The notes under the pieces are model-generated. The model saw nothing but the letters and a program-made list of their open reading frames with translations. It was not told the origin of the DNA and did not search any database. From a virus, in IMG/VR virus record IMGVR_UViG_3300047994_000617, positions 1 through 64,000 of that record: a stretch of DNA of 64,000 bases; one strand, given 5' to 3'. Within the stretch, counting starts at the first letter, position 1; every line of letters begins with the position of its first letter. This document shows, in pieces, positions 58,301 through 64,000 of the stretch. A program made the position numbers and the translations under genes.

Positions 58301-58647
58301 CGCCGGCGCCCCCGCCCGCGGGCCCGCCGCCGCGTCCGGGTCCCCCGCCGCGCCGGCACCGTCCGCCGCGTGACGCGGGGCCCGACATGCGCGCCTCCTA
58401 CGACGCGCCGATCCCGTCGCTCGCGCCCGCCCCTCGGGCGCCGGACGGGCTCCCGCCCGCCGCGCCCCCGGACGCGTCGCGCCCGCCGCCGAAGAAGAAG
58501 GCGGAGGGCGACGTCGGCCCGATGATCGGCGGGACGCTGCTGGGCGGCCTGCTCGGCGGCCCGATCGGAGCGGTCATGGGCTTCATCGGCGGCGCGATCG
58601 CGTCGGAGGACCCGAAGCCGACCCCGCCGCCCGCGAGAAGGGCCTGA
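52360..58647 (+). CDS. ~2095-aa modular protein: 3 helical repeats, 3 LysM-like domains, PG-binding domain, C-terminal glycine-zipper TM
   Basis: YVVQRGDGMQAIAKK..ANP..INIP; AIGSFQR..EDGQLDPATIEAL; GGLLGGPIGAVMG. Confidence 0.85.
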   Translation: METEMPALLVDGDTRAADTRPLDLSGGETGADILPVGGKPARAPEPLHLDNLAGQPAPLQLSPEPAPSAPKPAPRAPSPPLQLSGEPAPSPPRSPGPRPLHLGASPASPVNPVTPSAPSARPRGPGEPRSLVPGLGGIHAGHMGAATGLVHGAVSQVGRTHPHNVHMGQLAHGAHADPVRYGGDFLIASHGPKRFHELHGEGRLPSQAWERHRDIARHARRVHEELGGELARRHGRRPLGERTLIGIAAMNGAHDDMARYLDAQRVHPHHPAHESWHVLMRGFHPREIARVGSEIVPGGAIEPAVDAYRAIWVERASKARAARRALLARLRALWASGDPSLVPAFEGVVRGMSPEQTARLRTTIEQDGDIARVLEEIEAANAEARMASREAAMRRWLAEYHANRDPEAQTPLDELAMTPPSSALIGAAEGDEDDDEDEGDTGGRGGGGGHGGGSGRGGGRRPSAWGGAWGGGGTPGWFFLPEDPDEALDDPDPEAGAPMGAPAVAPLRAPSPGAHTADGVVPLHELVQGFGRAGREQLRQAWDRGNPYDAYRAILDQRGEATRAAREAAFVARLERLGCMADGLCEIPRERLTAFSDLTEMFSPEQWARFAAALTQGEDKPLDLFRQIEAENLDAAKATRPLAFMRYFGSWGQHAARWNPLEWAMLAPRIGVDAADAADAAGIFDDLSGALGGALSGAGGGGGGNPLSGLSGLLGGGGGGGGGGGGGPDFGQIAGLVTKVGGAIAGAAGGHPGAGLPPDLAGFAAKAVGALTGRAAAPPVGPPIGAPAAQPIQAPTRPVVHPAPPPPPTHEGPPRHFFKVIEAWGPRGKTQLAHEWVKGLVGIGLGEMAQAQGPALLDRIAVRELPAANTDPAQGWWSQLIAHQGIDGNEAEVVLAAINAGPDAIPQAVAAYRRVLEGPVRHQALEREHLFAEVLAAAQKAAGKPGFDPKRLPGLGNPFEAFSHRAGRWGAVHQALLNGSGAAEAFRGSEDQRVADYLRLAGERMEHFARELWARRSKAAPAPSPAAPSGPEAGDPFEAGALWGNRFGREGIRREGIVREGFGREGIRREGVLREGFGREGIRREGILREGFGREGIRREGALRGPPMGPGWGGRQWSAGHPGAHSFVGYDGKTRMGEHFVDSHGYQAMRTADGHVWLWQTDGSGWKDNGPGGKSPGYSERGLQGFFAHVHAAETHGPEEEAGFAVRRPRPFFHLGFNRPWSRLEMARMLEAVPQLRAHPDGVLQEIAGRRARPRDLRGVDATRLEYHILPRGESFNDIAAKLVGDRRRGAEIVFANPGLGEGQRTLRIPPGWLGRIPLRIPAHLVHEAAGLDAGEAGETGEAGSVRRSRRRNGGGRGRGGRGGHGGGGGGYGGFQGPQGPPGPPGDAEPDDDDASGFVDDLRALVLGGGAPAPMISPQPEPPIDETPVDLLETPRGLETPAPGHGSAVDGPRSPLTRTTYKVERSGMGMFAIAQKFGAVPPKRAHWFGELRDANPHKHIAVDSAGKQIGWQSLGKGEEINIPDAWIAKGEASGVDEEAGQPLALTDENLVEAGPPIFAKLGDIAGATKILRAIQGRLGNEGLDTFQRRIFDAITGYSDKDPAIVEVYALLGRDRGVAAALDGLRSGRRDSKDISRFGRRVLAALTGELEVAPRPRNYDTQGLDEAGDTGAIDEDALRQNITQRTYVVQRGDGMQAIAKKLGAFPARPKWFAELRDANPHKEMATQGGKQIGWKRLYAGKVINIPDVWPESPALVAPPSGPTVAPPHPGIEHAPGGPGGATPSVTAPPGTIPAAATIDKGTIHRVQAYLVLFRTGHPDAIDPKDFGVGMPVSQDVIGVPSARTTRAIGSFQRWSNRTAGTHLREDGQLDPATIEALDHYALTALDLPPRPALAPVLGGEMPHPADPYGPLLDGAAHDVTQVAVDIARKAGELPRPQTPPPGAAQIPEDPYRDLPKLRGEVIRVLDGGPPAQPPGPAPQPPAPAPPPAGPPPRPGPPPRRHRPPRDAGPDMRASYDAPIPSLAPAPRAPDGLPPAAPPDASRPPPKKKAEGDVGPMIGGTLLGGLLGGPIGAVMGFIGGAIASEDPKPTPPPARRA
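55498..55662 (+). repeat. 11 copies of a 15-bp unit encoding xxREG, with a 45-bp higher-order period
   Basis: FGREG-IRREG-(I/V)(V/L)REG array. Confidence 0.95.
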
Positions 58648-58649
58648 CC

Positions 58650-59558
58650 GTGGCAACGGTGCCCCAGGCGCTCGCCTCGCCGACGTCGATCACGTGGAAA
58701 CACGTCGATCCGGATCTCGGCGCCCAGGTCAAGGCGGCGCTCGCGCTGCGCTCGAGGCCGGGCGCTGACCCACGCGAGGCGTTCCGGAAGATGAGCAGCT
58801 CAGAGCGCGTGCGCTTCCTGCGCGCCCTCTCGATCGGGACGCTGCTCGCCATCGAGGACAGCCGCGTGGGCGGGATCCCTCCCCTCGGGGAGATGGACAC
58901 CGCGCTCACGCTGGGGCGCAAGCCCGTCCGAGCGGACCAGTTCGCGACGCCCGGTCACCTCTACGCCGCGTCGATGCTGGCGCGGGCGCCGATGATGATC
59001 GGCGATCCGGGCAAGCACATGGTCTACAGCGCGGAGACGCGCGAGGGTGACCCCGCTGCCCTCGACACCAAGGGCCCCTCGGCGGAGACCGGAGGAGGCA
59101 CGGACACGGGCCTCGCCCCGATCTTGGTCGGGGTGGCCATCGTGGCGACCACGGGCGTGCTCGGCATCGCCATCTGCTACTGCGGCCAGCTCGCCGCCGA
59201 GGTCGTCGATCGCAAGCTGGCGGACGACGCGCTGACCGCGCGCATGGTGATGACCCAGGCATCGGCCTCGGATCTGGTCATGGCGCACACGGCCCGCGAG
59301 CAGGCCGCGGGCGGCGCCCCGATCCCGTACGACGCGGGGGAGCTGAAGGTGCTCGACATGCTCGGCGGCGCGTACGTCGCGCTGGCGAAGAGAGACAGGA
59401 GCCCGATCCCCAACCCCTTCGCCGGTGCGGTGAAGAGCGCGGGGCGGGCCGTAGAGAACGCTGCGAGCGGCGTGGGCTTCGGCCTGGTCGTCGCGCTGGC
59501 AGCCGCGGGGGCCCTCTACGCCGCATCGCGCGCGGAGGCCGCTCCAGCAGAGCACTGA
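58650..59558 (+). CDS. Putative virion membrane protein
   Basis: Two hydrophobic segments; ETG/DTG motifs just before the first. Confidence 0.7.
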   Translation: MATVPQALASPTSITWKHVDPDLGAQVKAALALRSRPGADPREAFRKMSSSERVRFLRALSIGTLLAIEDSRVGGIPPLGEMDTALTLGRKPVRADQFATPGHLYAASMLARAPMMIGDPGKHMVYSAETREGDPAALDTKGPSAETGGGTDTGLAPILVGVAIVATTGVLGIAICYCGQLAAEVVDRKLADDALTARMVMTQASASDLVMAHTAREQAAGGAPIPYDAGELKVLDMLGGAYVALAKRDRSPIPNPFAGAVKSAGRAVENAASGVGFGLVVALAAAGALYAASRAEAAPAEH

Positions 59559-59618
59559 TTTTCGGCCGCGCCGAGCGGAAGCAGGCGCGCGCCCCAGGAC
59601 AACGAAGGAGACGGTGAG

Positions 59619-60209
59619 ATGACGACTCAAGCAGCGGGAGCGGGTGTGATCACGGTGGACGAGAAGGAGTACGCGTCCGGCGTCCGAGCGAAGGCGAAGC
59701 TCGAGGAGCTGAAGCTCGCCGGGAACACCGAAGAGGGTATGGGCCTCATCAAGGGCGGGAAGTACGGCGCCGGCGTGCTCAAGATCGCGGGCGGCTGGGG
59801 CCCCCTGATCACGGCGGCGCTCGCGGGCGGAGCGATCTTCGCCCTGTCCGAGATGAAGTCCGTCAAGGGCATCCAGTTCTTCAAGGACCACTGGTACGCG
59901 AGGGGCATCGCCGGCCTCTTGCTCGCCGCGTTCTTGTGGAAGAAGGGCTATCAAGTGTGGGCCGCGGCCCTCGCCTCCACCGCGCTCGGCCTGATGTACG
60001 CCGACCACGAGAACCGCCAGGGCGCGCCCCCGAAGGAGGCCAGCGGCCCGGAGGACCCGGACGCCGGGTACTGGATCGGCGGCGCGTGGTACCCGCGGCG
60101 CCACTGGGACGACCCGCGGCTCGTCGAGCGCTACCGCCTGGAGGAGCTGCTCCCCGCGCGGCGCGCGGCCGAGGCGCGGGCGGAGCGCCTCTACGAGGTC
60201 GGGGTCTAG
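59619..60209 (+). CDS. Putative membrane protein with 3 hydrophobic segments
   Basis: AAGGAG RBS; TM-like helices. Confidence 0.75.
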   Translation: MTTQAAGAGVITVDEKEYASGVRAKAKLEELKLAGNTEEGMGLIKGGKYGAGVLKIAGGWGPLITAALAGGAIFALSEMKSVKGIQFFKDHWYARGIAGLLLAAFLWKKGYQVWAAALASTALGLMYADHENRQGAPPKEASGPEDPDAGYWIGGAWYPRRHWDDPRLVERYRLEELLPARRAAEARAERLYEVGV

Positions 60210-60231
60210 GCGCGGCGGCGAGGCCGTGAAC

Positions 60232-60268
60232 GCGCAGCCGCGGACCCGAGGGGTCCGCGGGGCTGCGC
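60232..60268 (+). other. Stable hairpin 5' of the capsid candidate
   Basis: CCGCGGACCC-GAG-GGGTCCGCGG within GCGCAG..CTGCGC. Confidence 0.6.
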
Positions 60269-60304
60269 TCCACAAGGATGAGACGAGGACGGGAGAGCAA
60301 GGAC

Positions 60305-61627
60305 ATGGACGCACAGCAGGTTCTCAGTGAAGTGAAGGGTAAGGTCTCCGCCGCCGCGGCGCGGGAGGCCGCCGGGATGGAGGCTGGCGAAGCGGCGGGT
60401 GACACCGCCGGCGTGGACACGGCCCTGGCCGAGGCCGGCGCGGCCGCGGAGGCGCCCGCCGTGATCGTGACGGCGCCGTCGATCGAAGCCGGCATCGAGC
60501 ACCTCAAGCGCGAGGGCGCCCTCAACGTGGAGACCCTGGTGGGCCTCACGCACCACGCGGCGCGGGTCCAGGGCAAACACAGCCATCGGCATGGCTTCCG
60601 CCAGGGCCTGAACCACCACCGCAGGGTCCGGGGAGCGTTCATGCGGCCCCACGACTTCCCGGTGCCGTACGGCCGGAGCGAGGACATGAAGGGGTTCCGG
60701 TACGACGTCATCCAGCGCTTCGCCGAGGGGAACGGCGGCAAGGTGGTGTCGCAGGCGGGCGAATACTACGGGACCTTCCAGACCGCCTTCACCGTTTCGT
60801 CCTTCGGCGGATCGAGCCCGACGAGCGGTCTCTTCTCGATCGTGGTCCCGCCCACGCCGGCGAGCAGCACCTACTACGTCAACCCCCCCGCCGACACCTG
60901 CTTCGACTTCAGCATCGGGGAGTCGGACCCGAACTGGTTCGGGGGGCCACACACGATGACCCTCGCGGACACGAACCTGCAATACCCCGGCCAGGGCCTC
61001 TACCAGAAGGAGGTCTTCATCATCGAGGCGTGGGAGGCCCGCTTCAAGGGGCTCCGGATTCAGTTCGACACCACGAAGATCCCGGGCTTCTCGGCCCTCC
61101 CGCTGCCCATCCAGGCCATGCTGCAGGGGCAGGCATGCATCTGGGATCGCGAGAACCTGGTGCTGCCCTCGGGCATCTTCAACAAGCTCACCGACGTCTG
61201 CGAGCTCGCGCAGGCGCTGGCGGAGGTCGCCAGCATCCAGCTCGAGTGGGTCAACCTCGGGCCCGGGTCGAACAACGTCGTCGCCACGAAGCCTCTCGGG
61301 CGCATGTGCGGCAACCCCTCGACCTACCGCCGGAGCGTCGTGGAAACGAGCGGCGGCGGTCTCGCGCTCGACCTCCCCCGCGGCTACATCTGGTGCCAGG
61401 ACGAGACGTTCCAGCCCAACGAGGACAGCGGCGGCAATGGCTTGCTCTACGGGCAGCTCCTCCTGAACGACAACGTGGACTGGCCGTTCCCGGCGCTCGC
61501 GTCGGTCTACGGGTCGGGCCCCATCGTGCCGACGGGGATCGCCCTGGAGTGGCAGTTCAAGGTCTACGGCACCGCGCTCCTGCCCTCGAAGGCGGACCGG
61601 CGCCTGAACGTCCAGCGCCGAAGCTAG
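60305..61627 (+). CDS. Candidate major capsid protein (jelly-roll type) with an N-terminal leader
   Basis: Beta-rich C-terminal ~270 aa with TLADTNL..GQG..FII; strong codon bias; flanking hairpins. Confidence 0.5.
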   Translation: MDAQQVLSEVKGKVSAAAAREAAGMEAGEAAGDTAGVDTALAEAGAAAEAPAVIVTAPSIEAGIEHLKREGALNVETLVGLTHHAARVQGKHSHRHGFRQGLNHHRRVRGAFMRPHDFPVPYGRSEDMKGFRYDVIQRFAEGNGGKVVSQAGEYYGTFQTAFTVSSFGGSSPTSGLFSIVVPPTPASSTYYVNPPADTCFDFSIGESDPNWFGGPHTMTLADTNLQYPGQGLYQKEVFIIEAWEARFKGLRIQFDTTKIPGFSALPLPIQAMLQGQACIWDRENLVLPSGIFNKLTDVCELAQALAEVASIQLEWVNLGPGSNNVVATKPLGRMCGNPSTYRRSVVETSGGGLALDLPRGYIWCQDETFQPNEDSGGNGLLYGQLLLNDNVDWPFPALASVYGSGPIVPTGIALEWQFKVYGTALLPSKADRRLNVQRRS

Positions 61628-61643
61628 AGCGCCGGAGGAGCAA

Positions 61644-61669
61644 GCCCCGCGCCGGCGACGGCGCGGGGC
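61644..61669 (+). terminator. 11-bp stem with a GNRA loop after the capsid candidate (attenuator or stabiliser)
   Basis: GCCCCGCGCCG-GCGA-CGGCGCGGGGC; no adjacent U-tract. Confidence 0.5.
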
Positions 61670-61703
61670 GCAGCGGCTCAACCTTTCGAGGAGTCGACCA
61701 AAA

Positions 61704-62288
61704 GTGCCCGTCCCGCTCCTCCCCGCCAACGTCAACGCCCAGAAGATCGATCCTCGGGAGCGCGATCCGAGGAAGAACGTGCTGGAGATCGCTCTCCCCT
61801 CGCCTGGCATCCGGCGGGCGTACATCGTCCTCCAGACCGGCACGATCACGGACGAGGAGTGGAATCGGATCTGGTGGACGCTTCAGGCCGACGTGATGCT
61901 TGCGGAGACCTTCGACGGCCTCGACCACATCTCCCTCCTGCCAGGCCTGCTGGAGATCGCGCCGCTCACGACCACCGTCGCTCACGTGGCCACGGCATAC
62001 TGGGTGGAGGGTTTGCCCGCGACGAGTATCCGCGTGCGCGTGTCGAGCTACGGAGAGCAGCCCTCGGGCTATGCGCAGGTCTACGGCTGGGGCGACACGA
62101 CCCCGCACGACAAGTCGGGGCTCTGGCCGGCGCCCTATGGGCACGTCCGTCAGCCGCGACGCATCGTCGCGCCACTGCCCGATCCCGAGCAGACCCTCGG
62201 CGAGACGTCGCTCGTCGATTTCCTCATGTTCACCGACCGGATCGGCGCGCCGCCGCGCGAACCGCAGGTGAAGCTGCACAAACGTTAA
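61704..62288 (+). CDS. Hypothetical structural-module protein
   Basis: GAGGAG RBS plus GTG. Confidence 0.7.
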   Translation: MPVPLLPANVNAQKIDPRERDPRKNVLEIALPSPGIRRAYIVLQTGTITDEEWNRIWWTLQADVMLAETFDGLDHISLLPGLLEIAPLTTTVAHVATAYWVEGLPATSIRVRVSSYGEQPSGYAQVYGWGDTTPHDKSGLWPAPYGHVRQPRRIVAPLPDPEQTLGETSLVDFLMFTDRIGAPPREPQVKLHKR

Positions 62289-62313
62289 CGGCCCCAGGCC
62301 AAGGATTTTTGCC

Positions 62314-62757
62314 ATGTCCGCTGTTGCCCCCAGCCTCATCCTGCCCGTACAAGTCATCAGCCCCGTCCCGTGGACGGGGAACATGCAAGCCGTCGTCACC
62401 GTCAACTGCCTCGACGGCGATACCGGCCAGACGGCCTCCCGCGCGAGCGCCTGGATCCAAGTGCCACCGGGCATGATCCCCCAGCTCTCGCTCGGCCTCA
62501 GCGCGGAGACCGGTACCTTCGGGTGCTACCTCGAGACCTGCAACCAGGTCGTCGCCGGCGCCGCCGTCGACACCCCCCGCCCCATCGGCTACTTCAAGCA
62601 GACCCCCGGGGCCGCGCTGCCGACCTCCACGCCGATGTCGGGAGGCCAGCCCACCGACAACTGGGTCCGCGTCCAGAGTCAGGTCGGCAACGGCGGCAGC
62701 GTCGCATGGCTGGTGAGCGGTCGCTTCATCGCCGCGTCGTACGCGCAGCAGCTCTGA
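62314..62757 (+). CDS. Small beta-rich protein, possible single jelly-roll minor capsid protein
   Basis: AAGGA RBS; beta-strand pattern. Confidence 0.6.
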   Translation: MSAVAPSLILPVQVISPVPWTGNMQAVVTVNCLDGDTGQTASRASAWIQVPPGMIPQLSLGLSAETGTFGCYLETCNQVVAGAAVDTPRPIGYFKQTPGAALPTSTPMSGGQPTDNWVRVQSQVGNGGSVAWLVSGRFIAASYAQQL

Positions 62758-62769
62758 TCTCGAGGTCGA

Positions 62770-64000
62770 GTGGCCCTCTTGCTGATCCAGGCGGGGACTG
62801 GCGGCGCGCTCTGCGTCTACGCCAGCCCCTTGCCTGACGTCAGCCCGGGCCACCCGGACACCACCACCGCGCCCGGCATGCCCGGGCCGACCAAGGCCGC
62901 CCTCGGCCCCGTCCCCTGCATCGTCGGCGTCAACGCCCGGGGCTCCGAGACCCCGGAAGAGATCCTCGCCTTCGCCACGGCGAAGACGGGCCGGGAGCTC
63001 TGGTGGGGTGCGCTGATCGGCGTCTCCCGGGGCTGCCAGAGGGTCCGCGACCTGTGGATCGCCGGCGCTGGGGCCCTCGCCCTGGTCCTCATCGACGGCA
63101 TGGCTGGCGTGAAGCCGCCCACCGAGATGCAGAAGGGCTTCACCCAAACCATCGTCGCCCTCGCGCGGTCCGGCGCGATCCTTTTGGTCGTCAGCCACAC
63201 GTACATCGACCAGGGCAAGGCGATCACCTCGACCGCCGAGATGGCGCGGACCGCCACGGGGTGGTCGCTGCCCCCTCCGCCCGTCGGGGAGACCGTGCGC
63301 CGGGTCCAGATGCCCGCCGGCGAGACGCCAGCCCCTCCCGGCTGGCGCGGGGGCCTGGTGGTCTTCTCGACGGGCTCGGGCCCGGCCGATGGCGGCGCCC
63401 ACCGCGACCAGATGGGCAAGCTGCTCCCGCTCATCCTCGAGGATCGGGTGCGGCCCCTGGTGAGCCTGGCGGAGCGGCCCGAGGTGGTCGCCTCCGCGGT
63501 GCCGGCGAGCTCGCCGGAGCCGGAGGCCGAGACGGGGCCGTGGAGTCGCCTGGGCGCCTTGCCGGCGCATGGATCTACGGCTGCACCTACCGCTGCACCA
63601 ACCGCTGCACCAACCGCTGCACCAGGGCGCACGACCGCAGACGGGGCGCGGCGCTACCTCTTGATCGGCGACTCGTTCGCCCAGGGCTTCGGGCCGCCCC
63701 TCGCCGAGCTGGCCGGGAAGCGGCGCCTCGCCTTCCGGGGGGTCGGCATCAAGTCGACCACGATGGGCGACTGGCTCACGGGCGGGCGCGGGGCGGACCT
63801 CCGCGGCGCCGTCGAGGCCGCCGACCCAACGGTCACGATCGTGTCGCTCGGTGCGAACGACATGGCCGGAGGCGATGCAGCGGGCCGCCGGGCCGGGGAC
63901 GTTATCGACACCCTCCGCCGCAACGGCTCGGCCGCAGTGCTCTGGGTGGCGCCGCCGAAGATGCCCACCGAGAGCGCCCCCTTCCGCACCGCCCTCGCCG
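62770..64000 (+). CDS. Alpha/beta-hydrolase-like plus SGNH/GDSL hydrolase fusion (partial, not in the ORF track)
   Basis: Open frame from GTG 62770: LIGVSRG (GxSxG), then LIGDS, SLGAND, LWVAPP. Confidence 0.8.
   Translation, partial: MALLLIQAGTGGALCVYASPLPDVSPGHPDTTTAPGMPGPTKAALGPVPCIVGVNARGSETPEEILAFATAKTGRELWWGALIGVSRGCQRVRDLWIAGAGALALVLIDGMAGVKPPTEMQKGFTQTIVALARSGAILLVVSHTYIDQGKAITSTAEMARTATGWSLPPPPVGETVRRVQMPAGETPAPPGWRGGLVVFSTGSGPADGGAHRDQMGKLLPLILEDRVRPLVSLAERPEVVASAVPASSPEPEAETGPWSRLGALPAHGSTAAPTAAPTAAPTAAPGRTTADGARRYLLIGDSFAQGFGPPLAELAGKRRLAFRGVGIKSTTMGDWLTGGRGADLRGAVEAADPTVTIVSLGANDMAGGDAAGRRAGDVIDTLRRNGSAAVLWVAPPKMPTESAPFRTALA
63577..63624 (+). repeat. Four 12-bp units encoding a TAAP linker
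   Basis: ACCGCTGCACC(A/T)-type units. Confidence 0.9.

Larger units (their letters stand above)
1..64000. mobile_element. Large prophage/virus-like element (probably tailless) extending beyond both window edges
   Basis: Divergent repressor switch, long coupled early operon with phage-type DNA modification and replication genes, separate structural-like module, no host operons. Confidence 0.85.

Noticed and set aside
52360-58647. Tape measure protein or contractile-tail component
   Set aside because: No tail tube, sheath, baseplate or chaperone genes nearby; LysM alone is insufficient
43340-58656. Long minus-strand ORFs (43340..46633, 53620..58656; likewise 3081..5336 and 38469..40661)
   Set aside because: Antisense shadows of GC-rich genes with no motifs
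1-64000. Retron/DGR, restriction-modification pairs or att sites
   Set aside because: No reverse transcriptase, no clear restriction enzyme beside the MTases, and no boundary repeats seen

Overview
The whole 64 kb reads as one GC-rich (roughly 70%+) virus-like element with no host housekeeping context and no element boundary. DnaB style suggests a myxobacterial (Polyangiaceae-like) host, which is my inference. Layout: (1) a divergent switch at ~1.6 kb with a ribbon-helix-helix repressor. (2) A ~43 kb plus-strand early/replication arm of about 65 translationally coupled genes: two C5 and one N6 DNA methyltransferases, a Mom-like protein, DnaB, an SF2 helicase, a 5'-3' exonuclease, an initiator with a DnaC-like loader, two protein phosphatases, four apparently dead tyrosine-recombinase derivatives and a ~100-nt tmRNA/tRNA-like RNA. 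(3) An FtsK ATPase. (4) A late-type module from 47.8 kb, marked by a 24-bp motif next to predicted leaderless promoters. This module has no recognisable terminase, portal, HK97 capsid or tail. It encodes an EF-hand transglutaminase-like Cys-His-Asp enzyme, a ~2100-aa LysM/peptidoglycan-binding protein, membrane proteins and beta-rich capsid candidates. These proteins are punctuated at domain boundaries by an acidic [ED]-[AT]-G motif. The best candidate for a new system is a large tailless virus with Ca2+-regulated polyprotein maturation. All calls come from visual motif recognition; no searches were run.
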